A stretch of DNA of 64,000 nt from Thermoplasmata archaeon (GTDB lineage: Archaea > Thermoplasmatota > SW-10-69-26 > JACQPN01 > JAJPHT01): NCBI GenBank assembly GCA_034667685.1, contig JAXDQU010000106.1, positions 11,610-75,609 of the forward strand. The letters are read 5' to 3'. The position numbers and the translations under genes are program-made. The stretch's first letter is position 1; each line of letters begins with the position of its first letter. Positions 33,229 to 42,778 of the stretch are shown here, one piece after another. Below the pieces are notes generated by a model. The model did not search any database and was not told where the DNA came from. It saw only the letters and a list, made by a program, of their open reading frames with translations.

Positions 33229-34401
33229 TTATCCGATCACGAGCGTCTCCTTCTCCGGCTGCCAGCCGGGCCCGAAGCGGTCGAGCCGGTAGGGCTTCGG
33301 GTCGACGGGCGGCTGGCGCCCCAGGATCAGGTCGGCGACGATGCGCGTCGTCATGGGGCTCACCATGAAGCCGTGGCCGGAGGCGCCGTTGAGCTGGAGC
33401 AGGTTGTCGACGCCGGGCGTCGGGCCGAGGATCGGCTTGTTGTCCGGCGTGACGTCGTACGCGCCGGCCCACTGGCGCATCACCTTGACCTCGCCCAGCG
33501 TGGGCAGGACGTCGAGGAGGGCGCGCGCGACGCGCTTGGTGAAGTCGAAGCTGCTCGCGAAGTTGACGCCGGGCTTCTCGCCGGGCGTGCCGATGCCGCA
33601 GACCAATTCGCCCCGCATGTCCTGGCTCGCGTAGAGGCCGTTGCGCAGGTCGACGACCATCGGGTCGAGGAACGGCTTCAACGCCTCGGTGACGAGGATC
33701 TCGTGGCGCACCGGCGTGTTGGGAAGCTCCACGCCCGCGAGCGCGGCCACCTCGCGGCTCCAGCACCCCGCGGCGTTGACCACCGTCTCGCACGCCACCC
33801 GTCCGCGCGTGGTCTCGACCGCCACGATGCGGCCCCCCGAGGTCTCGAAGCCGGTGGCGCCCGTGAAGGTGCGCACGTCGACGCCCAGCTCGACGCAGCG
33901 CTTGGCGAGCCCCTGCACGACGGCCCACGGGAAGATGATGCCGTCGCCCGGATGATAGCTCGCGGCGACGAGGCCCTCCAGGTTCAGCTCGGGCACCAGG
34001 ACGTGCGCCTCGGTGGGCTCGACGTAGCGGCTGGGCACGCCGTTGGCGTTGTGGAACTTGACGACGTCGCGCAGCGCGCGCGCCTTCTCCTCGTCGTGCG
34101 CGAGGAAGAGGTAGCCGCCCTGCCGGAACCAGACGTTGAAGCCCAATTCCTGGCTCATGCTGCGGAACATCGGGATGCTCTCGCGCGCCAGGACGAGGTT
34201 GTCGCCCGTGCCCCACTGCGCGCGCACGCCGCCGCCGTTCCGGCCGCTGGCGCCGTGCAGGAGATAGCTTTTCTCCAGGACGAGGACGTCGGTGACGCCG
34301 GCCAACGCGAGGTGGCGCGCGAGCCCCAGGCCGTTGACGCCGCCCCCGACGATCACGACCTGATATCGTTCCCGCAGCGGGCCCTCGGTGGTGAACCTCA
34401 C
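33229..34401 (-). CDS. FAD-dependent oxidoreductase, sarcosine oxidase beta / HcnC / proline dehydrogenase beta-like
   Basis: GTG start. Dinucleotide-binding YQVVIVGGGVNG. DAO-family blocks (HGASGRNGGGV, GLYASQD..GE, GASGHGFM). Confidence 0.7.
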   Translation of the reverse strand: MRFTTEGPLRERYQVVIVGGGVNGLGLARHLALAGVTDVLVLEKSYLLHGASGRNGGGVRAQWGTGDNLVLARESIPMFRSMSQELGFNVWFRQGGYLFLAHDEEKARALRDVVKFHNANGVPSRYVEPTEAHVLVPELNLEGLVAASYHPGDGIIFPWAVVQGLAKRCVELGVDVRTFTGATGFETSGGRIVAVETTRGRVACETVVNAAGCWSREVAALAGVELPNTPVRHEILVTEALKPFLDPMVVDLRNGLYASQDMRGELVCGIGTPGEKPGVNFASSFDFTKRVARALLDVLPTLGEVKVMRQWAGAYDVTPDNKPILGPTPGVDNLLQLNGASGHGFMVSPMTTRIVADLILGRQPPVDPKPYRLDRFGPGWQPEKETLVIG

Positions 34402-34667
34402 TCCGCTTCCCCCGCGAGGTAGCGCAGCGGGATGGGCTGGACGGGCGCGCGGAAGGTGATCGCGCCCAGCGCCCCGGCGGGCTGGCCCGTCTCCTCGGCG
34501 AGCATCTGGCGCGCGAGCGTCAGGCACGTCTTCCCCTGGCAGGGGCCGGTGGCGAAGCCCGTGAGGCGCTTGAGGCTCTCCAGGTCCGTGCAGCCCGCGG
34601 CGATGGCCTCGCGAAGCTCGACGTCGTTGACGTCCTCGCACGCGCATACGATGCACTTGGGGGTCAA
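34398..34667 (-). CDS. small (2Fe-2S)-binding BFD-like subunit
   Basis: 89 aa with CIVCACEDV...GPCQGKTC. TTG start 7 nt after GGAGG, overlapping the upstream stop (TTGA). Its stop overlaps the downstream GTG (GTGA). Confidence 0.5.
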   Translation of the reverse strand: MTPKCIVCACEDVNDVELREAIAAGCTDLESLKRLTGFATGPCQGKTCLTLARQMLAEETGQPAGALGAITFRAPVQPIPLRYLAGEAE

Positions 34668-35950
34668 GCGCGTGCCTCCTTCGCGGCGGCGCGCCCGGCC
34701 GCTTCGCCCTGGCGCAGGCGCTCGGCGAGGGGCGCGTCGCCCAGCACGCTGCCGCACGCGAAGACGCGCGGCGCCGGCGCGGGGCTTGCGGGCGCGAGGG
34801 CCCATCCCTTCGGCGTCAGCGCGCCGCCCGCCTGCTGCACCAATTCGACGCGCGGCGTGGCGTTGCCCGCGGCGAGCACGCAGTCGGCCTCCATGCGCTC
34901 GCCGCTTGATAGCACGACGGCCTTGACGTGGTCGGAGCCTTCGATGGCCGAGACGTCGGCGATCCGGGCCTCGGCGCCCGCCTTGCGCAGGTCGTCCGCG
35001 GCCTGCTGGCCCCAGCCCTCCGCCGAGGTGACGACGACGCGGCGCCCGGCGAGGACGCCGTGGCGGTGGAGGAGGATCAACGCGGCGCGCGCGCCCATCA
35101 CACCAGGAAGGTCGTTGCCCGGGAGGAGCGGGGGGGTCTCGTGGGCGCCGGCGGCGACGACCACCGCGCGGGGGCGGCATTCGAGGATGCGTTCGGCGGT
35201 GAGGATCGCGGCGAGGCCCGGCGCGGGAAGGGCGTCTCCGTGGCCGTCCGTGGGGTAGAGGCCGAAGACGACGCTGCGCGTCAGGACGGGGCCCGCGATA
35301 TCATTCAAGAGAGCGTCGGCCTGCGCGCGCTCGCCCAGGAGGAGCGAGCCCCCCGCGCGGTCGCCTTCGTCCACGAGGGCCACTCGGGCGCCTTCGCGGG
35401 TGGCGGCGCGCGCGGCGGCCAGGCCGCTGGGTCCCGCGCCCACGACGAGGACGTCGGCGTCGAGCTGGCCGATGGCGGGGCGGCGCGGGCCCATCGGCCG
35501 AAGGTCGGGCAGTTTGCCAAAGCCGGCCATGCGGCGCACGATCGCGTGGTGGATCGGGCGCAGCCACGGCGCGCGCGCGAACTGGCCGTGCACGTCGAGC
35601 ACGCGCGGGTAGGCGCGGTCGATCACCCCGAAGAAATCGCGCCGCGCGCTGGGGAACGCGTTCTGCGTCTCGACGACCATGCCATCATGGGCGGGCGTGA
35701 CGCAGGCGCGCACGTTGGGCACGCCGTCCACGCGCATCAGGCAGCCCGCGCACTTGCCCGTGCAGCAGAAGAGCCCGCGCGGCCGGTGGTACTTGATCGA
35801 GCGCATCAGGGTGCGCTCGCCGTGCGCGTGCAGCGCTGCGCCGACCGTCTCGCCCTCGAACGCCCGGATGGCGCGCCCGTCGAGGCGCAGCGTGATGGGC
35901 TTCCCGCGGAACGCCGAAGGGCCGGGCTCGACGCGGAGGTCGTGGGCCAT
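34664..35950 (-). CDS. SoxA/HcnB-like NAD(P)/FAD-binding subunit with N-terminal 2Fe-2S motif
   Basis: CCTGKCAGC cluster, then Rossmann VLVVGAGPSGLAAA and a second nucleotide-binding region. Confidence 0.65.
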   Translation of the reverse strand: MAHDLRVEPGPSAFRGKPITLRLDGRAIRAFEGETVGAALHAHGERTLMRSIKYHRPRGLFCCTGKCAGCLMRVDGVPNVRACVTPAHDGMVVETQNAFPSARRDFFGVIDRAYPRVLDVHGQFARAPWLRPIHHAIVRRMAGFGKLPDLRPMGPRRPAIGQLDADVLVVGAGPSGLAAARAATREGARVALVDEGDRAGGSLLLGERAQADALLNDIAGPVLTRSVVFGLYPTDGHGDALPAPGLAAILTAERILECRPRAVVVAAGAHETPPLLPGNDLPGVMGARAALILLHRHGVLAGRRVVVTSAEGWGQQAADDLRKAGAEARIADVSAIEGSDHVKAVVLSSGERMEADCVLAAGNATPRVELVQQAGGALTPKGWALAPASPAPAPRVFACGSVLGDAPLAERLRQGEAAGRAAAKEARA

Positions 35951-35970
35951 CTTGGGCGCCGCAGCCGGAG

Positions 35971-35992
35971 GGGGCTACTTGGGGGTTGCGGG
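35971..35992 (+). repeat. 22-bp direct repeat GGGGCTACTTGGGGGTTGCGGG, copy 1
   Basis: Exact 22-mer also present at ~42779..42800. Located between the soxA-like start and the archaeosortase 3' end. Confidence 0.85.
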
Positions 35993-36029
35993 ACGTTTGG
36001 CCGGGTGGGGGGATGGCCGTTCCGCTCGT

Positions 36030-37127
36030 TCAGGCATGGTCCGCGGCGCGCGGCGCATCGTACCTGGCCCGCATGCGGCTGCGCCAGACAAGCCACCCCA
36101 ACATGGGCAGGCCGATGTCGCCCACCATGTAGAGCGTATAGAGGCCGGGCGTGACCGCGCCCTGGGTCACCAGGCCCGTCGCGACGAACGCGACCACGAT
36201 CCCGCCCGCGACGACCGGCAGCGCGACGCACGCGACGATGCCGGCGAGCTTGTCACGCATGGGCACGCCGCGCGCCGCGAGGACGAGCGATCCGAAGCCG
36301 ATCATGGCGACGAGGAGGAGGCGGCCGCGGTCCAAGGCATTGAGCCGCTCGGGCGAGACGCGGCCCGTCCAGAACACGTGGGCCAGCGGCGCGGCGACGG
36401 CGAGGACGGCGCGCTCGAGCAGGACATCGGCGCCGACGCGCAGCGCAATCCATGTGATGGCCAGGAAGAGAGCGATGAAGGCGAGGACGGCCCCCAGACG
36501 CGCGGCGAGGGCGCGCAGGCCCATGTCGTGGGCGCTCTGGAGCGCGCCGAGGGAGAGCCAGAGGACGAACCCCGCCGCGCCGATGAGGATCACGCCCGCC
36601 TGCCAGAGGACCACGTGCGCGTAATCGAACCACGCCGGCGCGTTCACGCCGACCCATCCCAGGGTGACCAGGCGCGCGACGTTCACCACGAGCACGAACG
36701 GGAGCGCGGCGAGGGTGCCGATGGCGCGCCAGCGGACCGGGGCGGGGTGAGCGACGATGGCCGCGACAAGCATGATGGCGACGGAGTAGGCGGTGCAGCC
36801 CAGGCTGATGAAGAAAGAGAAGGAGCCCGCGAACGTCACCTGGGGCCCGACGCTGCGCGCGGGCAAGCCCACCAGGCTCGCGCTCCAGGCGACCAGCGCC
36901 GCCGTGCCGTCCTGGAACGGCGGGCCCTCGTCCGGGAAGAGGAGGTACACGACGAGCCCGACGATGCTGAAAGCGAGAAGATATCGTCCGGCCACGCGCG
37001 CCTGCTCGCCCTTCGCGGCGCGGCGCAGCGACGCGTGCAGCCTCGACACGCTGGGGAGCCCAAGGTAATCGAGCCAGCGCACCTCATTGGGTCGTCGTCG
37101 TCTCGTGCAGACACCCCTGCGCGACAT
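36030..37127 (-). CDS. archaeosortase/exosortase family transpeptidase
   Basis: Polytopic membrane protein with a Cys-containing SLGCTAYS region and the downstream VVNVARLVTLGW (N-x-x-R) motif of exosortase/archaeosortase families. Start at MSRRG; a longer ORF extends to 37220. Confidence 0.55.
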   Translation of the reverse strand: MSRRGVCTRRRRPNEVRWLDYLGLPSVSRLHASLRRAAKGEQARVAGRYLLAFSIVGLVVYLLFPDEGPPFQDGTAALVAWSASLVGLPARSVGPQVTFAGSFSFFISLGCTAYSVAIMLVAAIVAHPAPVRWRAIGTLAALPFVLVVNVARLVTLGWVGVNAPAWFDYAHVVLWQAGVILIGAAGFVLWLSLGALQSAHDMGLRALAARLGAVLAFIALFLAITWIALRVGADVLLERAVLAVAAPLAHVFWTGRVSPERLNALDRGRLLLVAMIGFGSLVLAARGVPMRDKLAGIVACVALPVVAGGIVVAFVATGLVTQGAVTPGLYTLYMVGDIGLPMLGWLVWRSRMRARYDAPRAADHA

Positions 37128-37397
37128 GGGGTCACGCGGCCGCGCGTCCTTGGAGCTTGTGGAGCATTGCTTTCTTTCATCGAGAGGAACAGACAACCCC
37201 CCACGTGCTTTTGGAAACAATTCGTTATGTTAAGCTTCCTCGGTGAGCAGGTATCTAGCCTGCTCCCACGAGGCTGCATGGCACGATATACTTCCGCAAG
37301 TCACAACGATGGTCTAGTCTGTTACTTGCATGATGATATCCTTCGTGCCCCGGGCGACAGCTCGCCCGAGTGTGGAGGAATCCAATTGGCCAAAGAC

Positions 37398-39173
37398 ATG
37401 CAATCTCCGATCCGAACGCGGCTTCGCGGCAACGGCGTCCGGACGCTGCTGCTCGCGCTCGTCCTCATCGCGCCGCTCTCTCTCGCGGTCGCCGCGACGC
37501 AGCCGCAGGACGTCACCGTGCCCGCTGGGACGACCCTCACCGTGGCGGCGCCCCTCTCCGTGGGCACGCTCACCGTGCTGGGCACGTTGAAGATGGACGC
37601 GCCCGGCGACTTGCGCATCGTCGCGCAGAGCATCCACGTCGGGCCCCACGGCGTAATCGCTGGCTTCGCCGGCGCGCCCGGGCGAGACGCGCACGGCCTG
37701 GGCGCGACGGGAGCGCCAGGCCTCGACGGCGGCTCCGTGTACCTGACCGCACAGTCGGTCGAGGTGGACGAGGGCGGCTTCATCCTGGCGGGCGCGGGCG
37801 GCCACGGCGGCAACGCCGAAGGGCTCGGCCTCGTGACCGCAGGCCCGGGCGGCCAGGGCGGCTCCGTCGTCGTCCAGGCCGTCACGAGCCGGCTCGACGG
37901 CGCGCTCGTGCCCGGGGACGGCGGCGACGGCGGCAACGCGGCCGAGGTCGTCCATGACCTCGTGCTCCAGGGCGCGACGGTGGCAGGTAACGGTGGCGAC
38001 GCGGGCTGGGCTCTCCTCAATGGGCGCCCGGTCGCGCCGAGCGCCGCGCCGCCCCCGATCGTCGCGGAAGTCATCGACCTCGTCTTCTACTGCGGAGTGC
38101 CGCTCCCCCTGACTCCCGTAGGGGCTCCCGGGGCGCCGGGCGTCGTTACGCGCGGCGGGCGTGGCGGCGACGCGTGCATGAGATCCTTCAGCGCCGATGG
38201 CCTGCCGTGCGTCGGTGATGCGGGCGATGGCGAAACCCCCCACCCCACCCACGCGTCGGCCACGGCGGGCAACGGCGGCGCCGGCGGCCCGACCCAGCCC
38301 GGCGGCGCGGGCGGCACGGCCGTCGCTTGGGCCCGCTCGGGCAACGGGTCCGACGGATGCCCGGGCGCGACGACGGGCGGCGCGGCCGGCAATGGCGCGG
38401 GCGCCACGGCCGACGCGCAAGGCGGCCGGGGCGGCCAGGGCGGCCACTCCGTCGGCCTCACCGCCGGCGGCAGCGGCGGTGGCGGCGGCAGCGCGTTCTC
38501 GGAAGCATACGGCGGCATCGCCGGCAACGGCGGCAGCATCACGACGGCGATCGGCACCGGCGGCGCCGCCGGCATCGGCGGGGGCGCCTCGGCCACCGCG
38601 GTGGCCGGCGATGGCGGCAGCGGCGGCGACAACAACTCGGGCATCGGCGGTGGCGGCGGTTCGGCGAACGCGACGGCGATCGCGGGTCACGGCGGCAACG
38701 GCGGCAACGCCGGGCCCGGCCTGACTGGCGGCACCGCGGGCCTCGGCGGCTCCGGCGGCAATCCCTCGTCCTCGGCCCGTGCGGGCAGCGGCGGTGCAGG
38801 CTCGATCGGCGGTGGCGGCGGCGACGCGAAGGCGACCACCGGCGGCCCGGGTCAGAGCCCGTACGGCGGCGACGCGGGCAACATCGGCACGGCTCAGCCC
38901 GGCGGCAGTGGCGGGAGTTGGAGCGCGGTCGCCATCGCAGGCGATGGTGGCGACGGCTGCTCGAGCCCGACCCACACGCCCGTCCCGGGCAACGGCGGCC
39001 AGGGCGTGGCGTCCGGCCCCACGGGCGGTGCGCCCGGAGGCAACGGCACGCCCCACGGCCAGGCCGGCTCGAGCCTCCAGACATCCTCCGCCAACGGGAG
39101 CTCCGGCGGCATCGACGGACCCACGTGCGCGACGGGCATGCACGCCCCGCCGCCTTTCCAGGACGTCTTCTAG
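37398..39173 (+). CDS. secreted Gly-rich GGxGG-repeat protein 1
   Basis: ATG 14 nt after GGAGG. Signal peptide MQSPIRTRLRGNGVRTLLLALVLIAPLSLAVAA. ~100-aa N-terminal domain, a Cys-containing block, then ~350 aa of GGxGG-type repeats (GGNGGAGG, GGRGGQGG, GGDGGSGG). The antisense frame encodes only Pro/Arg-rich junk. Confidence 0.55.
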   Translation: MQSPIRTRLRGNGVRTLLLALVLIAPLSLAVAATQPQDVTVPAGTTLTVAAPLSVGTLTVLGTLKMDAPGDLRIVAQSIHVGPHGVIAGFAGAPGRDAHGLGATGAPGLDGGSVYLTAQSVEVDEGGFILAGAGGHGGNAEGLGLVTAGPGGQGGSVVVQAVTSRLDGALVPGDGGDGGNAAEVVHDLVLQGATVAGNGGDAGWALLNGRPVAPSAAPPPIVAEVIDLVFYCGVPLPLTPVGAPGAPGVVTRGGRGGDACMRSFSADGLPCVGDAGDGETPHPTHASATAGNGGAGGPTQPGGAGGTAVAWARSGNGSDGCPGATTGGAAGNGAGATADAQGGRGGQGGHSVGLTAGGSGGGGGSAFSEAYGGIAGNGGSITTAIGTGGAAGIGGGASATAVAGDGGSGGDNNSGIGGGGGSANATAIAGHGGNGGNAGPGLTGGTAGLGGSGGNPSSSARAGSGGAGSIGGGGGDAKATTGGPGQSPYGGDAGNIGTAQPGGSGGSWSAVAIAGDGGDGCSSPTHTPVPGNGGQGVASGPTGGAPGGNGTPHGQAGSSLQTSSANGSSGGIDGPTCATGMHAPPPFQDVF

Positions 39174-39259
39174 GAGGAGACGGCAAGAGCGTGACATCCG
39201 GAGCCGTGCGTTCCGCGCCGCACGGCTCCTCTTTTCCCTTTTCCCCAGGAGAACGACGC

Positions 39260-40909
39260 ATGGACCCCGGACGCAAGCCCCGTATCCCGCGTGCATTTGC
39301 CATCGCGTGCGCCGCGCTCGTCGCCCTGACGAGCCTCGGCGCCGCCTCGCTCGCGCAATCCGCGGGGCCCGACATTGTCGTCGCGCGGGGCGTGACGCTC
39401 ACGCTCGATGCGCCCGCGCACCTGCGCCATCTCCTCGTCCAGGGCGAGCTGGTCCTCGACCTGCCGCCCCATGCGGTCCTCGCTGCCGATGACGTCCGCG
39501 TCGCCTCGTCCGGCGCGATCCGCGGCGCCAACGGCGCGGACGCGCCCGCCGCGCGCGGCCTCGACGCGTCTGGCCTGCCAGGCGCGCCCGGCGCGAGCGT
39601 CGCGCTGCGCGTCGGCTCGCTGGTGGTCGAGCGCGGCGGCGCGATCGTTGCCGGCTCGGGCGGGCGCGGCGGCGACGCCCTCGGATCCGGCCTCCTCCGC
39701 GGCGGCCCCGGAGGCGCCGGCGGCTCGCTCCTCCTCGACGCGGCGCAGAGCAGTGTCGAGGGGCGCCTCGCGGCGGGCTCGGGTGGCGAAGGCGGCGACG
39801 CGATCGCGCTGCGCGCGCCGGCGACCGCGCAGGGCGGACGCGGCGGCGACACGGGCGTCGCGCTGCTCGACGGCGCGCCGATCCCCATGACGAATGATAT
39901 CATGCCGTCCCCGCGCTTCGCGGCCGGGTGCAGCTCGCCGCCTCTCGGCGCGCCCGGCGCGGCCGTCGTCGGCGGCGCGGGCGGATACGCCTGCATGCGC
40001 GTCGAGAGCGAGGCCGGCGCGCCCGGCCCCGCGTGCGGCCCCGGCACGGAAGGCGGGCCGGCCCTCGCCCTCGCCATCGGCGGCGACGGCGGCGACGGCC
40101 TCGCGCCTGGCGCCCCCGGAGGCGCCGGCGGCAGCGCGTTCGCGCAGGCCGACGCCGGGCAAGGCGGCGCGGGCGCGGACTGCATCACGGGCAGCGGCGG
40201 CGCCGGAGGCGTTGGCGGCCGGGCCCTCGCCCAGGCGCGCGCGGGCCAGGGCGGCCAGGGAGGCGTGGGCGCGGCGGGCGGCGCCGGCGGACTCGCCTTC
40301 GCGCAGGCGCGCGGCGGACCCGGTGGCGCAGGCGGGTCGGGCGCGCTCGCGGGAGGCGCTGGCGGCGTCGGCGGCGCGGCGGACGCCTCGGCGCTTGGCG
40401 GCGCGGGCGGCGCGGGCGGAGCGCTCGGCGCGCCCGCAGGCGGAGGCGGCCCCGGCCGCGCGGACGCTTCGGGCGGCCACGGCGGCGCGGGAGGCCGCGG
40501 CCAGACGGCGGGCGGGAATGGCGGCGAAGGAGGCGCAACCTCCGCCAACGCCACCGGAGGCGGCGGCGGGGCCGGGGATTCCGGCGGAGGCGGCGGACCG
40601 GGAATCACCAGCATCGACGCGCGCGGCGGCGACGGCGGCGCGCCCGATGGCCTGGGCGGAGCGGGAGGCGCGTGGCGCTCCATCGCCACCGGAGGCGCGG
40701 GCGGCGACGGGTGCGACGGCGGCCAGGGCGCGAACGGCGGCTTCGCGGTGGCCGGCACGCCGGGCCCAGGCGTCTCGGGCGGATCGAACACGGAAGGTGG
40801 CACGGCTCCCCCGGGCGCCGGCAGCGCCACCGCGACGCAAGGCCGGGCCGGAGCCGCGGGCGGGCCGGGCTGCATGTTGTTAGCGATCGACTGGAGGACA
40901 CCAAGATGA
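39260..40909 (+). CDS. secreted Gly-rich GGxGG-repeat protein 2
   Basis: Signal peptide MDPGRKPRIPRAFAIACAALVALTSLGAASLA. Paralogous N-terminal domain and Cys block. Long GGAGG/GGQGG repeat region. Confidence 0.55.
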   Translation: MDPGRKPRIPRAFAIACAALVALTSLGAASLAQSAGPDIVVARGVTLTLDAPAHLRHLLVQGELVLDLPPHAVLAADDVRVASSGAIRGANGADAPAARGLDASGLPGAPGASVALRVGSLVVERGGAIVAGSGGRGGDALGSGLLRGGPGGAGGSLLLDAAQSSVEGRLAAGSGGEGGDAIALRAPATAQGGRGGDTGVALLDGAPIPMTNDIMPSPRFAAGCSSPPLGAPGAAVVGGAGGYACMRVESEAGAPGPACGPGTEGGPALALAIGGDGGDGLAPGAPGGAGGSAFAQADAGQGGAGADCITGSGGAGGVGGRALAQARAGQGGQGGVGAAGGAGGLAFAQARGGPGGAGGSGALAGGAGGVGGAADASALGGAGGAGGALGAPAGGGGPGRADASGGHGGAGGRGQTAGGNGGEGGATSANATGGGGGAGDSGGGGGPGITSIDARGGDGGAPDGLGGAGGAWRSIATGGAGGDGCDGGQGANGGFAVAGTPGPGVSGGSNTEGGTAPPGAGSATATQGRAGAAGGPGCMLLAIDWRTPR

Positions 40910-42723
40910 TATCAGGACACGGAGCCCGAAGGACAAACCGATCGACCCGGCTCGCTGCGACCTGCGCGGTCGCGTTGGGCCTCGTTCTCCTGACGCCGAT
41001 CGTGGGCAGCTTCGGGACCAATGCGCCCGGGATGGACGCGAGCGTCCCTGAGGGCGCGGTGACGACGCTGCAAGGCGCGCGCTCGTTGCACGACATCGAC
41101 GTGCTGGGCACGCTCGTGCTCGACCTCGCCCCCGGCCAGACCCTCGACGCGGTCCATGTGCACGTGGGCGGCCACGGCGCGATCGTGGGTGCCGCAGGCG
41201 CGGCGGGCGCAGACGCGCAGGGACGCGACGCGCAGGGCGCCGCAGGCGCGGAGGGCGGCCGCGTGGTGATCCAGGCGGACTCCATCACGCTCGACGAAGG
41301 AAGCCTCGTGCAGGGCGGCCGTGGCGGTGAGGGCGGCGCGGCGACTGGCTACGGCGTCGTGGTCGGCGGCAACGGAGGCACGGGCGGCTTCGTGCGCGTG
41401 ACCGCGCGGGAGCGCAGCGTGCACGGCCTCATCCTGCCCGGCTCGGGCGGCGACGGCGGCGCGGCCGTCGAGATCGTCAACGCGTCGCAGGTCGTCGGCA
41501 TGAGCGTCAAGGCCGTCGGCGGGCGCGGGGGCGACACGGGCCGCGCGTGGCTCAATGGCGTCCTGGTCCCGGCCAAGCTGCCCGACCTGCCGAAGCCGCC
41601 GCTTGTCTCGATCAATCCGCCGCTCCAGTGCCCCGGCGGCGCGGCGCTCATCATCGGCTCGCCCGGGTTGCCCGAGGGCGGCCACGGCGGGACCGCGTGC
41701 ATGCTCAGCATCGGCGCCCCGGGCGCCAACGGGTCGGGCTGCGCTGGCTCGACGGGCGACGCGGGCTCGACGGGAGACGCGGCAGCGGCTGCGGCGGTCG
41801 GCGGACGCGGCGGCGACGCCGCGCTTCCGGGCGTGCCCGGCGGCGGGGGCGGCGACGCGTGGGCGATCGCGCGCGGCGGCAACGGCGGCGACGGAAACAG
41901 CTGCCTGACCGGCGGCGCGGGTGGCAACGGTGGCGGCGCACAAGCGGAGGCCGTCGGAGGCGAGGGCGGCATGGGCGGGACGCTCGGCGCCCTGGGCGGC
42001 TTGGGCGGCTGCGGCTACGCAGAGGCCAAGGGAGGGCTCGGCGGCACGGGAGGCTCGGGCTCGACCACCGGAGGCGCTGGCGGCTCGGGCGGCAGCGCGT
42101 CCGCCACGACGGACGGCGGCGACGGCGGGCCCGGCGGCCTGCCCAACGGCCTGGCCGGCGACGGCGGCTGCACGTTCACCTTCGGGGCGGGCGGCAACGG
42201 AGGCCGCGGTGGGGCCTGCACCAGCATGTCCCTCTGCACGGCCGGCACGGGCGGCAGCGCGGGCCAGCCCACCGACGCCAAGTCGCGCGGCGGACGCGGT
42301 GGCGACGGCGGGCGCGGAGGGAATGGCGGCGCGGCGCACAGCGAGGTTGACCCGCGCGGCGGGGACGGCGGCGTGCCCAATGGCCTGGGCGGGCTGGGCG
42401 GCAGCGTGAGCGTCCTGGCGGCGGGCGGCGACGGCGGGAACAGCCTCACCTGGCCCGAAGGGGGACTGGGCGGCGAGGCGAGCACGCTGATCCCCCAGGG
42501 GAGCCTCGATGGCGGCCTGGGCGGCGACGGCACCCCCGCGCTGGGCGGGGTGGTTCTCGCCGACCAATCCAAGCGGGGCGAGGATGGGGTCGGGACCGGT
42601 GGGCCTGGGCCCTCCGTTGGCGGCGCACCCACGCTCTCATCCTGGGGCGCGGCGCTCATGGCCGCCGCGCTGCTTGGCGTGGGCGTCGCCTTCACGCGGC
42701 CCCGAAGGCCCGATCAGCCCTGA
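40906..42723 (+). CDS. secreted Gly-rich GGxGG-repeat protein 3 with C-terminal TM anchor
   Basis: ATG overlaps the stop of protein 2 (ATGA). Signal peptide, paralogous N-domain, GGxGG repeats, then C-terminal WGAALMAAALLGVGVAFTRPRRP (hydrophobic helix plus basic cluster, sorting-signal-like). Confidence 0.55.
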   Translation: MISGHGARRTNRSTRLAATCAVALGLVLLTPIVGSFGTNAPGMDASVPEGAVTTLQGARSLHDIDVLGTLVLDLAPGQTLDAVHVHVGGHGAIVGAAGAAGADAQGRDAQGAAGAEGGRVVIQADSITLDEGSLVQGGRGGEGGAATGYGVVVGGNGGTGGFVRVTARERSVHGLILPGSGGDGGAAVEIVNASQVVGMSVKAVGGRGGDTGRAWLNGVLVPAKLPDLPKPPLVSINPPLQCPGGAALIIGSPGLPEGGHGGTACMLSIGAPGANGSGCAGSTGDAGSTGDAAAAAAVGGRGGDAALPGVPGGGGGDAWAIARGGNGGDGNSCLTGGAGGNGGGAQAEAVGGEGGMGGTLGALGGLGGCGYAEAKGGLGGTGGSGSTTGGAGGSGGSASATTDGGDGGPGGLPNGLAGDGGCTFTFGAGGNGGRGGACTSMSLCTAGTGGSAGQPTDAKSRGGRGGDGGRGGNGGAAHSEVDPRGGDGGVPNGLGGLGGSVSVLAAGGDGGNSLTWPEGGLGGEASTLIPQGSLDGGLGGDGTPALGGVVLADQSKRGEDGVGTGGPGPSVGGAPTLSSWGAALMAAALLGVGVAFTRPRRPDQP

Positions 42724-42778
42724 GCACCGCTCGGACGCATGGCCCGCGCCACGGCGGGATGCACCTCGGCTCGGCCGC

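Noticed and set aside
38539-40875. Very long minus-strand ORFs (778, 556, 660, 551 aa and others) rich in Pro/Arg/Ala covering 37314..42567
   Set aside because: They are antisense shadows of the plus-strand GGN-rich Gly-repeat genes (GGC/GGN read in reverse gives Pro/Ala codons). They lack signal, domain or start context, whereas the plus-strand genes have signal peptides, paralogy and SD-like motifs.
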